This document shows, in pieces, positions 48,664-59,372 of a stretch of DNA of 64,000 bases. The stretch's first letter is position 1, and each line of letters opens with the position of its first letter. The notes below the pieces were generated by a model. The model was not told where the DNA came from. It did no database searches and was given only the letters and a program-made list of their open reading frames with translations. The stretch comes from an uncultured Clostridia bacterium (lineage in GTDB: Bacteria > Bacillota > Clostridia > TANB77 > CAG-508). Location: contig CAKOSX010000005.1 of the NCBI GenBank assembly GCA_934119935.1, positions 4,933 to 68,932 on the forward strand. The letters are read 5' to 3'. The translations under genes were made by a program, and so were the position numbers.

Positions 48664-49668
48664 CTAATCATCAGAAATTATTTCTTTTACATCGCTTATT
48701 GTTTTTTTCCAGCTTATTTTATCTTTTATATACACCGATATTGCTCTGATAAAATAATAAGCTATTGCTACGCAAGAGCAGATGCTGGTTATCATTACAA
48801 ATTTATCTTGATATAATATATACATGTATAACAATACTAGCGAAACAATTGCCACTACTAACATTTCTACCCCTTTTAGTGCAGCTCTTCCACTATCTTT
48901 GTTATACGCATATTCAAACAATATAATTGTAATGCCAAGCAATATAACGCTAAATACTTTTAAATCTGTTACAAAACTTCTGGTATTTATATTAACAAAT
49001 CCCCAGCCAAGTGAAATAAAATAAATAGAAATTAATATGCCAAATAAAATGTTTCCAAATACATTCTTATATATTTTTTTCTTCTCATCTTTAGGCATTT
49101 TCTGAGCTTTTTCAATTTGCATAGAAATTTGCTTTTCATCCATCTTAGGAGTTTCTTTTTTTACTACTTCCTTTTCTGGTTCCTCGGCCACCTCTTTAAA
49201 TTTATCTACATTATTTAATTGTTCTGCAATAATTTGTTTTATTTTTTCATCCGTCTTTTTGGCTTTCTTCACTTGTTTGGATTTTTCTATTTTCTTCGTG
49301 TCTTTGCTGTTTTTATTTTTCTTTTGTGCTGTTGCCTTGGTTGTTGTTGATTTTCTAGTTGGCTTTGCCGCCTCTCTCGTTGTTGATTTAGTAGTTGATT
49401 TTTTTGTTGATTTCGTTGCTGTTTTAGTTGTTGTTTTTGCTGTTTTTGTTTTACTTTCGACTTGCTCGCCTGTTGTCTCATTTTTAGTTGATTGCCTACC
49501 AGTTGCTTTTTTACTTGTAGTCGTACTCTTTTTAGCTTTTGTTGTTGAGGTTGATGTTTTGGTAGGCGTTTTTTTCTTGGTTACACTACTTGTTTTCTTG
49601 TTTTTATTAGTATCTGCTTTGTTTACATCGTTATTCTCTTGTATATTTTCTTCATTATTATCCGCCAT
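48664..49668 (-). CDS. hypothetical membrane protein with a long Lys/Thr-rich low-complexity N-terminal tail
   Basis: About 130 aa of K/T/S repeats, followed by a Lys/Glu-rich linker and about four TM helices in the C-terminal part. Confidence 0.5.
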   Translation of the reverse strand: MADNNEENIQENNDVNKADTNKNKKTSSVTKKKTPTKTSTSTTKAKKSTTTSKKATGRQSTKNETTGEQVESKTKTAKTTTKTATKSTKKSTTKSTTREAAKPTRKSTTTKATAQKKNKNSKDTKKIEKSKQVKKAKKTDEKIKQIIAEQLNNVDKFKEVAEEPEKEVVKKETPKMDEKQISMQIEKAQKMPKDEKKKIYKNVFGNILFGILISIYFISLGWGFVNINTRSFVTDLKVFSVILLGITIILFEYAYNKDSGRAALKGVEMLVVAIVSLVLLYMYILYQDKFVMITSICSCVAIAYYFIRAISVYIKDKISWKKTISDVKEIISDD

Positions 49669-49772
49669 TTTTTCAAAATCCTCCTAATACAGATTATACC
49701 AAATTATACTTTATCATTTCAAGGCTTATTATTTTATTTTTCATTTCTATTCTTCATTTCTATTCTTCATTC

Positions 49773-50516
49773 CTATTTTTCCAACTCATATAAAATATTT
49801 CCTGCCATTACAAGTCCCGCAGTTTCTGTTCTTAAAATTCTCTTTCCGAGTGAAACAAATTTAACATTTTTTTCATCTAGTAATTCTATCTCTTTCTCAG
49901 AAATTCCACCTTCAGGGCCTATCACAATTGCTATGTTGTACTCTTGTTTATTTTGGCTCTCTAATTTTTTTAGCTCTGCTTTTAACATATTATGCTCTTC
50001 ATTTTCATATGCAACTAATACAACATCATACCCGTCTACATCAATTTCTTTTGTCTTTATTATACTTTTTATATTTGGAATAATGTCTCTCATAGATTGT
50101 TTAGCAGCTATCTCAGCAATTTTTTGCCATCTATCCAATTTTTTACTAGCGACCTTTTCATCAAGCTTTACAACCGTTCTTTCCATTATCACAGGTACAA
50201 TATTATTAACCCCGACTTCAGTATTTTTTTGAATAATAAGCTCCATTTTTTCAAACTTCGGTACCCCTTGAAATAGCGTTATATGCACATTTGATTCTGT
50301 TGTTTTGCTTATTTTTTCTATAATTTCACAATTAACTTCATTTTTTGTATACTGAGTAATCTTTGCATTATAATTATCTCCAGTCACCTGATTGCAAACT
50401 TGAATTTCATCATCTTTTTTCATTCTTAATACATTTAATATATGGTTCACGTCATCTCCATCTATTATAATATTATCGTTTTTTATTTGTTCTGGTTTTA
50501 CAAAAAATTTAGACAT
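49773..50516 (-). CDS. rsmE: 16S rRNA (uracil1498-N3)-methyltransferase RsmE
   Basis: PUA-like N-terminus and SPOUT knot motif (IGPEGGISEKE). Confidence 0.88.
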   Translation of the reverse strand: MSKFFVKPEQIKNDNIIIDGDDVNHILNVLRMKKDDEIQVCNQVTGDNYNAKITQYTKNEVNCEIIEKISKTTESNVHITLFQGVPKFEKMELIIQKNTEVGVNNIVPVIMERTVVKLDEKVASKKLDRWQKIAEIAAKQSMRDIIPNIKSIIKTKEIDVDGYDVVLVAYENEEHNMLKAELKKLESQNKQEYNIAIVIGPEGGISEKEIELLDEKNVKFVSLGKRILRTETAGLVMAGNILYELEK

Positions 50517-50577
50517 ACAAAACCTCTCTTTACAATTTTATGTTTACATTATACCAAAAAATAGTTTAACTAGCAAT

Positions 50578-50830
50578 AGTACAATTTTTACAATTTTGTA
50601 CAATTTGGGGACGGAGAAAAAAATGTACGTACTAAATTAATAAATATAAAAAAAAATAATACTTTAATATTTTATAAAACATCAACACGTTGTGCTTGTT
50701 CGGAGCTACTTCGGGCTCCCCAAAAAGTGCATTGCCGGTTTCGTTTTTAAAATATTAAAGTATATTATTTTTCGAGAAGAAAAAATACAAAAACGTACAT
50801 TTTTTTCTCCGTCCCCAAATTGTACAAAAA
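50578..50830. repeat. composite nested palindromic element: family-A terminal inverted repeats enclosing family-B copy B4
   Basis: The A arm ...TTGTACAATTTGGGGACGGAGAAAAAAATGTACGTAC (within 50578-50632) has its inverse at 50793-50830. The B arms plus core lie at 50656-50769. Confidence 0.85.
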
Positions 50831-50837
50831 TTATATT

Positions 50838-51989
50838 TTATCCAAATATTCCTCTCTTTTTTACTGGAGGTTGTTCGTTCATAGTTTTTGCAAGTTCTAC
50901 TAGTAGGTCTCTTTGTTCTTTAGACAAACGTTTTGGAACTTGTACCTGTACTGTGAATATTAAATTTCCTCTATAGCCAGAATTAATGTGTACAAATCCT
51001 TTGTCTTTTATTGTGAATTTTGTACCTGTTTGTGTTCCTTCTGGTATTCTATATGTCGTTTTTGTTCCATCTACTAGTGGAATTTCTAGTTCTGCACCAA
51101 GTGTTGCTTGTGTAAATGTGATTGGAATATCACAATACACATTATCATCTTTTCTAGTAAATATGCTGTGTCTCTTCAAATTTACTGTTACATATATATC
51201 TCCATTTGGTCCACCGTTTGTTCCTGGTTCACCTTCGCCTCTTAATACTACTGTTTGACCATCGTCAATTCCTGCAGGTATTTTTAGATTTATTTTAGCC
51301 TGTTTTCTTACCGTTCCTTTTCCAAGACATGTATCACAAACATCTTTTATTACTTTACCAGTTCCATGACAATTTGAACATGTTGTTTGGACTCTCATTT
51401 GTCCTAATAGAGTAGTCTGCATCTTTGTAACAGTTCCTTTTCCTCCACATATAGAGCACGTTTCTGGATGTGTTCCAGGTTTTGCACCTGTACCAGAACA
51501 TGTAGGACATTTTTCATTTCTAGTAATATTTATTTCTTTATTTACTCCACTATATGCTTCTTCAAAAGTAAGGTTTACACTATATTTCAAATCTGCACCT
51601 TTGCTTGGAGCATTTGGATTTCTAGATGATGACCTTCCAGTTCCGAATCCAAATAAATCTCCTAAGTCTCCGAAAATATCACTAAATCCATCAAATCCAG
51701 ATGTTGAATACGTGTATGTTCCCCCACCAAATGGACCTCCAGCACCGCCAAAACCTTGGCTTGGATCTGCTGTTCCGAATTGGTCGTACATTTTTCTCTT
51801 TTGCGGATTAGACAAAACTTCATATGCTTCATTTACTTCTTTGAATTTTGCTTCTGCTTCTTCTTTATTATCTGGATTAGCATCAGGGTGATATTTCTTT
51901 GCAAGACGTCTATATGCTTTTTTTAGTTCGTCATCTGTTGCTGTTTTTTCAACACCTAAGACTTCATAATAATCCTTCTTTTCAGCCAT
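50838..51989 (-). CDS. dnaJ: molecular chaperone DnaJ
   Basis: J domain (HPD), G/F region and four CxxCxGxG zinc motifs. Confidence 0.96.
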   Translation of the reverse strand: MAEKKDYYEVLGVEKTATDDELKKAYRRLAKKYHPDANPDNKEEAEAKFKEVNEAYEVLSNPQKRKMYDQFGTADPSQGFGGAGGPFGGGTYTYSTSGFDGFSDIFGDLGDLFGFGTGRSSSRNPNAPSKGADLKYSVNLTFEEAYSGVNKEINITRNEKCPTCSGTGAKPGTHPETCSICGGKGTVTKMQTTLLGQMRVQTTCSNCHGTGKVIKDVCDTCLGKGTVRKQAKINLKIPAGIDDGQTVVLRGEGEPGTNGGPNGDIYVTVNLKRHSIFTRKDDNVYCDIPITFTQATLGAELEIPLVDGTKTTYRIPEGTQTGTKFTIKDKGFVHINSGYRGNLIFTVQVQVPKRLSKEQRDLLVELAKTMNEQPPVKKRGIFG

Positions 51990-52083
51990 TGCTTTCTCCT
52001 TTTCTACAATTATCCTTTTCTAAATTTTACGTCTAGATTGTATTAATCAGTAACGAAATCTATTAACGAAAAATATTTAGAAA

Positions 52084-52116
52084 ATCGCCCAAAAAGGGGC
52101 GTCCCTATTGGGCGAT
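52084..52116 (-). terminator. dnaK-dnaJ intergenic hairpin terminator or attenuator (Family-C repeat copy)
   Basis: ATCGCCCAA/TTGGGCGAT stem with a T-run on the minus strand. Confidence 0.7.
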
Positions 52117-52121
52117 TTTTA

Positions 52122-54011
<1,890 letters not shown>

Positions 54012-54085
54012 CTAAAGTTATTTTTCTATATTAAATTTTCTTAAGTTCTATCTATATAAATTTTAAAATTAATAACATATAAATT

Positions 54086-54625
54086 TTAGTTTGCTACAAC
54101 AACCATAGAATGCCTAATAACCTTACTTCCAATCATGTAGCCTTTTCTATATTCTTGTGCAACTATTTTTTCTCCAAGTTTTTCATCTTGTATCATGCTT
54201 ACTGCCTCATGTAATTCTGGATCAAAAGGTTGTCCTACTGCCTCTATCTCTTTTACTCCATTTGCTGTAAGCACATCTTTAAATTGTTTTAACACAAGCT
54301 CGATTCCTTTTTTGTATTCTTCATCTTTTGTCTCGGCTTCTGTTGCTTTTTCTAAGTTATCAATTACTGGTAATAATGATGATATTATATCCCCTATTAT
54401 CGAATTGTATAACCCTTCTCTTTCTTTTGCACTTCTTTTCTTTAAATTATCGAATTCTGCAATAAGCCTTGTGTGTCTATCTTTTACGTCTGTCAATTCA
54501 TCTTTTAATTTTGATATTTGCTCATTTAATTCTTTTTCTTTATTTTCTGTCTTTTCTTCTTTTTTTACTTCTTGCTTTTCATCTTTTTCTTCTTGTACTT
54601 TTTTCTCTTTATCCATTATCATCAT
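54086..54625 (-). CDS. grpE: nucleotide exchange factor GrpE
   Basis: Coiled-coil N-terminus plus GrpE core (RLIAEFDNLKKR). Confidence 0.93.
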   Translation of the reverse strand: MMIMDKEKKVQEEKDEKQEVKKEEKTENKEKELNEQISKLKDELTDVKDRHTRLIAEFDNLKKRSAKEREGLYNSIIGDIISSLLPVIDNLEKATEAETKDEEYKKGIELVLKQFKDVLTANGVKEIEAVGQPFDPELHEAVSMIQDEKLGEKIVAQEYRKGYMIGSKVIRHSMVVVAN

Positions 54626-55682
54626 CCTTTCTCTCTTTAGAATTTGGATTGTCTAGTTTTGGTGTTTCACTATTTTCGCCTAGCTTTTTACTAATATATT
54701 TCATTGCCGATATTACTTTTGAATAGTCCATTCTGGTAGGTCCAATTATAGCAATTGTTCCTAAATCTTTGCCTTCTTCTTTATGTTTAAATGTTATTAT
54801 GCTAAAGTCTTTTAGAGCTTCATCCACATTTTCATCACCAATGTAAACATTTATTTCATCTTGATTATCATCACTATTCAAAACATCTATCATCTGTTTA
54901 GTTTTGTCTGTATCTAATATATTTACAAAATTTTTGGCTATATCTAAACTCTTGAATTCTGGCAAATCAAACGATTTATTGGCCCCCTCCATATAAATCG
55001 GTGCGTCTTCGTTTATTGCTTTATTTAACTGTTCTAACACAGGTTTTACCACATTTAATACACTGCTCATTTCTGAATGCATGTATTCTTCCATCGGTTT
55101 ATCTATTTGAGTAAGTGGTTTTCCTTTTAGCTTGTTGTTAAACAAATACGTTATTGTATCAACTTGTTCCTGTGTTACATCTTCGTCAAACTTAATTATT
55201 GTTTCTTTTATGAGTCCACTCTCTGTTAGAATTATAGCCATTAAAAGCCTGCTACCTAACAATACAAATTTAACTTCTTCTATATTTTGGCTCGCTACTC
55301 GTGGCCCTATTCCAACTGATGTGTAATGAGTTATTTCCGATAATGTTGATGTTGCAATTTTTGTTAAATCTTCTATCTGATTAACTTTAGTTGCAAGTTG
55401 TGTTTGTATATATTTTATCTCTTGCATACTAATATCATTATAGTTTAAAAGTTCATCAACATAATATCTATAACCTTGTGCCGACGGAATACGTCCAGCT
55501 GATGTATGTGGTTTATCAAGCAAACCAATCTTTTCTAGCTCAGCCATATCGTTTCTTATCGTGGCACTGCTGTAATCAATTCCATGTTTTTCTACAATAG
55601 ACTTTGAGCTTACAGGCTCAGCTGTTTCGATATATTCTTCTACAATAGCTTGTAATATTTTTTTCTTTCTATTGTCTAGCAT
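54609..55682 (-). CDS. hrcA: heat-inducible transcription repressor HrcA
   Basis: MLDNRKKKILQAIVEEY wHTH N-terminus. Start moved to 55682 (GAGGTG SD) because CIRCE lies inside the longer track ORF. Confidence 0.92.
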   Translation of the reverse strand: MLDNRKKKILQAIVEEYIETAEPVSSKSIVEKHGIDYSSATIRNDMAELEKIGLLDKPHTSAGRIPSAQGYRYYVDELLNYNDISMQEIKYIQTQLATKVNQIEDLTKIATSTLSEITHYTSVGIGPRVASQNIEEVKFVLLGSRLLMAIILTESGLIKETIIKFDEDVTQEQVDTITYLFNNKLKGKPLTQIDKPMEEYMHSEMSSVLNVVKPVLEQLNKAINEDAPIYMEGANKSFDLPEFKSLDIAKNFVNILDTDKTKQMIDVLNSDDNQDEINVYIGDENVDEALKDFSIITFKHKEEGKDLGTIAIIGPTRMDYSKVISAMKYISKKLGENSETPKLDNPNSKERKDDDNG

Positions 55683-55696
55683 TTTTTCACCTCTTT

Positions 55697-55723
55697 TTAG
55701 CACTATACTATCTCGAGTGCTAA
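55697..55723. promoter_or_regulatory. CIRCE operator (HrcA binding site)
   Basis: TTAGCACTA-N9-GAGTGCTAA, read directly and matching the TTAGCACTC-N9-GAGTGCTAA consensus. Confidence 0.9.
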
Positions 55724-55874
55724 ACTGTGTATATAATACATCGTAAGTTAGCAAAAGTCAATAGAGATTGCTAATTTTATTGTGAAAGTTTTGTGAATTT
55801 TCGCTCGTTTACTACATAATTTTTACAACATAAAAACTCGAGACAGTCTATATAGACCATCTCGAGGCAGGAGT

Positions 55875-56237
55875 TTATTCTTTTCGGTTATTTTTAATTC
55901 TTTTTACGTTCTCAGTCTGTTTAAAAATTGATTTCAAAAAAATTGGTATAATGATAGTTATAATTATAAGTCCCGATGCAAAAATCACAAGATTTTTATC
56001 AATCTTAAATTTACTATCAATTACCATTCCAGCAATAATAGCTATAAGAAACCATCTTTCAGTTCTCGCCATAATATCATAATTATAAACTATGGTTATT
56101 GGTATCTGCATTGCTACTACGAAAATAGCATACCGAACTGTCAAAATGGGAATTTTCGTTAAAAATATACTTATGTTTATCCCCATAATGACTCCAAGAA
56201 TAATTGCATTTAGTTTCATTGAAAATTTCATATGCAC
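55875..56237 (-). CDS. hypothetical small integral membrane protein
   Basis: Four hydrophobic helices. No family recognised. Confidence 0.45.
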   Translation of the reverse strand: MHMKFSMKLNAIILGVIMGINISIFLTKIPILTVRYAIFVVAMQIPITIVYNYDIMARTERWFLIAIIAGMVIDSKFKIDKNLVIFASGLIIITIIIPIFLKSIFKQTENVKRIKNNRKE

Positions 56238-56305
56238 ACTCCCTTTGTTATATTATTTTCTGAAACATATTTAATTTATACCATATTTTTCACTTTATGT
56301 AAAGA

Positions 56306-57394
56306 TTATACATTAAATTTAAATAATACTATATCTCCATCTTGCATTACATATTCTTTACCTTCTGAACGAACTAATCCTTTTTCTTTTGCAGCTGTCA
56401 TCGAGCCTTCTCTCATTAAATCTTCATAAGAAACTATTTCTGCTCTAATGAATCCTCTTTCAATGTCTGAGTGAATTTTTCCTGCAGCCTGTGGAGCTTT
56501 TGTTCCTTTCTTTATTGTCCAAGCTCTTACTTCTGGCTCTCCAGCTGTTAAGAATGACATTAATCCAAGTAAATCATAGCTTGCCTTTATTACTTTATCT
56601 AGTCCAGATTCTTCCAAACCTAGTGCTTCTAGCATTTCTTTTTTATCATCGCCATCTAAGCTTGATAATTCTTCTTCTATTTTTACACAAAGCTTTATAA
56701 CTTCTGCCTTGTCTTGTTTTGCATATTCTTTTACACTATTTACATTTGCATCATTTTCATCTAATAATTGATCTTCTGAAACATTTGCAACATATAAAAT
56801 TGGCTTCATTGTTAATAAGAATCCATCCCTTACTATTTCTAGTTCTTCATCTGTATACTCCAAGCTTCTTGCTGGCTTGCCATTTTGCAAAGCATCTCTT
56901 ACTTTTTTCCATGTATCAAATTCTAATTGATATTTCTTATCACCTTTTATTAATTTACTTGCTCTATCAATTCTTTTTTCAACAGTCTCTAAATCTGCAA
57001 AAACTAGCTCTAAATTAATAGTTTCTATATCTCTTACTGGATTTATACTTCCATCAACATGTATTATGTTTGAATCTTCAAAACATCTTACAACTTGGCA
57101 AATTGCATCTGTTTCTCTTATATGAGATAAAAACTTATTTCCTAATCCTTCACCTTTGCTTGCTCCTTTTACCAAACCTGCTATATCCACAAATTCAATT
57201 ACAGCATGTGTAACCTTTTGAGGATTATACATCTTTGCTAGGTTGTCCAATCTCTCGTCTGGCACTGGAACTACTCCAACATTTGGTTCTATTGTACAGA
57301 ATGGATAATTTGCACATTCTGCTCCTGCATTTGTTATTGCATTAAATAAAGTACTCTTTCCTACATTTGGAAGTCCTACAATTCCTATTTTCAT
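56306..57394 (-). CDS. ychF: redox-regulated ribosome-binding ATPase YchF
   Basis: GLPNVGKSTLFN G1 motif and a TGS-like C-terminus. Start set at MKIGIVG; the track ORF is extended upstream. Confidence 0.93.
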   Translation of the reverse strand: MKIGIVGLPNVGKSTLFNAITNAGAECANYPFCTIEPNVGVVPVPDERLDNLAKMYNPQKVTHAVIEFVDIAGLVKGASKGEGLGNKFLSHIRETDAICQVVRCFEDSNIIHVDGSINPVRDIETINLELVFADLETVEKRIDRASKLIKGDKKYQLEFDTWKKVRDALQNGKPARSLEYTDEELEIVRDGFLLTMKPILYVANVSEDQLLDENDANVNSVKEYAKQDKAEVIKLCVKIEEELSSLDGDDKKEMLEALGLEESGLDKVIKASYDLLGLMSFLTAGEPEVRAWTIKKGTKAPQAAGKIHSDIERGFIRAEIVSYEDLMREGSMTAAKEKGLVRSEGKEYVMQDGDIVLFKFNV

Positions 57395-57520
57395 TATATC
57401 TTCGACCTTTCTTTTTCTTATAGCTATTATAATATAACACAAATTATTACTTTTGGCAATTAATTTATTTAAGGTTCCATACCGGAACCCCAAATAGAAT
57501 TTTAAATATATTTTTCACTA

Positions 57521-58369
57521 TTATTTGAATAATTTATTAAACGTATTCTTTCCAACTATTCCATCTTGTGATAATCCATTTCTTTTTTGAAATTCTCGTA
57601 TCGCACTTTCTGTTGCAGGTCCGAATATTCCGTCTGCATTAATGTTAAATAATTTGCAAATAAGCATTGACTGAATTAGCCAAGTGATGTTTCCTTCTGC
57701 TCCTCTTCGAACATTTATGCAGGCATTGTAAGTGTTAGTTCCAAATATTCCATCGACTGCTAGTTTACTTCCAAACTGTTTATTTAATTCTGTTTGTAAT
57801 CCCTTCACCAATGCCTTCTTCGTCTCGTTTCCATAAATATTATCTACTGAAATATTTAAGCCATATTTTTCATTTAAAGAGGTTTGTATTGTAGCTATTT
57901 TTCCCTTTTCTTGGCTTGGTTTTGATACTCCTGTTTCATTTGAATTTGCTATTTGATCAAATGGAAAATTGTCACCCGGGCAATTTGTTGCATTTACATT
58001 TTTATGAACTTGTACTGTGTTTATTCCATATTTATTTTTTAAAAAATTTACAAGTTCTCTTCCAGCCTTAATCTCCTCCTCTTGCATTATTTCTTCCTTA
58101 TAATCTCCTTCAAAGCAAATTCCCAATGAATCATAATTTGCACCATATGCATGAGCTCCAACTTTATCCTCTGGACGAAGTCTATATATTGTGCCGTCTT
58201 TTCTTACCAGAAAGTGATATCCAGCTCCACTCCAACCGTTGCTTAAATGCCACCTGTGAATATCTTCAGCTGAGCACCTTTTTGCAGCAGCATGATGCAA
58301 AATTATTCTTTTAGTAGAGCTACGTGTATCCATTTGTTTAAAATTTAAATTTGTATTAATTATATTCAT
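57521..58369 (-). CDS. N-acetylmuramoyl-L-alanine amidase (Amidase_2/PGRP) with tandem peptidoglycan-binding repeats; endolysin-like
   Basis: The HHAA...GYHF...NCPG amidase_2 pattern plus PG_binding_1-like repeats (DGIFG...). Confidence 0.85.
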   Translation of the reverse strand: MNIINTNLNFKQMDTRSSTKRIILHHAAAKRCSAEDIHRWHLSNGWSGAGYHFLVRKDGTIYRLRPEDKVGAHAYGANYDSLGICFEGDYKEEIMQEEEIKAGRELVNFLKNKYGINTVQVHKNVNATNCPGDNFPFDQIANSNETGVSKPSQEKGKIATIQTSLNEKYGLNISVDNIYGNETKKALVKGLQTELNKQFGSKLAVDGIFGTNTYNACINVRRGAEGNITWLIQSMLICKLFNINADGIFGPATESAIREFQKRNGLSQDGIVGKNTFNKLFK

Positions 58370-58371
58370 AT

Positions 58372-58572
58372 TTATTTTTTCTCCCTATTGCTAATAGCCT
58401 TCTGACCAAGTAAATACGTACTTATTACACCTTGAACAACGGCTATTACTTGTACTATTTGAATCGCATATGGTATTGTTATTCCTTCTACAGCATTAAT
58501 TCCAGTAACCAAAGCACTAATAATTGCCAAAACATTTATTGTATATTTTGCTATTGTCTTAATCTTTTCCAT
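58372..58572 (-). CDS. putative holin (66 aa, two TM helices, basic C-terminus)
   Basis: Small membrane protein ending in NREKK. Its stop lies 2 nt before the amidase start. Confidence 0.6.
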   Translation of the reverse strand: MEKIKTIAKYTINVLAIISALVTGINAVEGITIPYAIQIVQVIAVVQGVISTYLLGQKAISNREKK

Positions 58573-58676
58573 ATTAAATCCTCCTAATATATTGTATTCG
58601 AGAATTTTTTTATTGAGACTATTTACACGAATTTAGATAAAAAATTTATTTTTTCATAATTTTCAATTGGAAATAT

Positions 58677-58705
58677 TTGACTTTTCCTGTAAAATATTGT
58701 ATAAT
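58677..58705 (+). promoter_or_regulatory. near-consensus sigma-A promoter (TTGACT-17-TATAAT) for the 72-aa ORF
   Basis: Read directly. It is followed by a ~90-nt leader containing two hairpins. Confidence 0.6.
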
Positions 58706-58798
58706 TTTGCCAGTAACATATTTTAATATGTGTTGCCTTCGAATATATACAGAGTTCGGAGGCACAATCCTCCGAACAATCACAAGGAGGAAGTTTTA

Positions 58799-59017
58799 AT
58801 GAAAGTATCGATGAATGACAAGGTCAAAGTCAAACTGAACAAGATCGGCGATGAATTGCTTCAAAAAGTTTTGGGAAGTTCTCAGGAGCTTCCCAAAAAG
58901 GATCCTGAGGGTTATACCGAAATGAAGTTTCTCTATCTCCTTAAGATGTTCGAGGATTTCGAATATCTGGGTGAGGTCAACAAGCCGTTTGACGGCGATG
59001 TTATTGTAATCGCATAA
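58799..59017 (+). CDS. hypothetical 72-aa protein, compositionally atypical
   Basis: AAGGAGG SD 8 nt before the ATG (MKVSMNDKVKV...). G+C is visibly higher than the flanks. Followed by a 16-bp-stem terminator. Confidence 0.55.
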   Translation: MKVSMNDKVKVKLNKIGDELLQKVLGSSQELPKKDPEGYTEMKFLYLLKMFEDFEYLGEVNKPFDGDVIVIA

Positions 59018-59054
59018 TTTCATTTCATGGTACAGGCCTTATCACATGTACCAC

Positions 59055-59108
59055 AACCACCAGCAGAGTTACTCATTTCAGAGCAACTCTGCTGGTGGTT
59101 TATTTTTT
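59055..59108 (+). terminator. strong rho-independent terminator
   Basis: AACCACCAGCAGAGTT/AACTCTGCTGGTGGTT stem followed by a T-run. Confidence 0.85.
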
Positions 59109-59151
59109 ATATAACTAGATTAAATTTATAACAAAAATCGTTGTCAAAAAA

Positions 59152-59180
59152 TTGACAAACAGATAATTAATGTATATAAT
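59152..59180 (+). promoter_or_regulatory. perfect consensus promoter (TTGACA-17-TATAAT) for the antisense RNA of type I module 2
   Basis: Read directly. The -35 hexamer lies within the palindrome TTGTCAAAAAATTGACAA. Confidence 0.7.
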
Positions 59181-59186
59181 AAATAT

Positions 59187-59270
59187 AGGAAATGAAAAAC
59201 CACAATCGTGGTTGCCACATATTATTGTAACAACACATCTGCTGGCCAAAGCAAAGATGTGTTGTTTTAT
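59187..59270 (+). ncRNA. predicted antisense (antitoxin-like) RNA of type I module 2
   Basis: It starts at AGGAAATGAAAAACCAC... six nt after the -10 and ends at the shared hairpin AACAACACATCT.../...AGATGTGTTGTT. Confidence 0.5.
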
Positions 59271-59372
59271 TTATTCCTTATTTGACAAAATTATGTATAT
59301 AATTGCTAATAAGGCTACGTTTATAGTAAGGGAAAATCCCAATGCATATATTAAAAATAATATAATACCCAT
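59271..59372 (-). CDS. small hydrophobic peptide, type I toxin-like (33 aa)
   Basis: GAGGTGGTG SD. MGIILFLIYALGFSLTINVALLAIIYIILSNKE shares the SLT(L/I)NVAL core with the peptide at 20927-21046. Confidence 0.6.
   Translation of the reverse strand: MGIILFLIYALGFSLTINVALLAIIYIILSNKE

Noticed and set aside
49259-49687. Long antisense ORFs inside real genes (for example 49259-49687, 43570-44187, 6653-7264, 1719-2048, 2226-2606, 54195-54656 and 11632-12240).
   Set aside because: They lie opposite well-supported genes and have low-complexity or Leu/Phe/Ser-rich translations typical of antisense frames in AT-rich DNA. None has an SD.
55683-55754. N-terminal extensions of track ORFs for hrcA (to 55754), ychF (to 57493), priA (to 46166), rpoZ (to 47728), the spoIIQ-like gene (to 8251) and the DUF4116 gene (to 63061).
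   Set aside because: Internal starts have good SD sequences and match the conserved N-termini. For hrcA, the extension would place the CIRCE operator inside the coding region.
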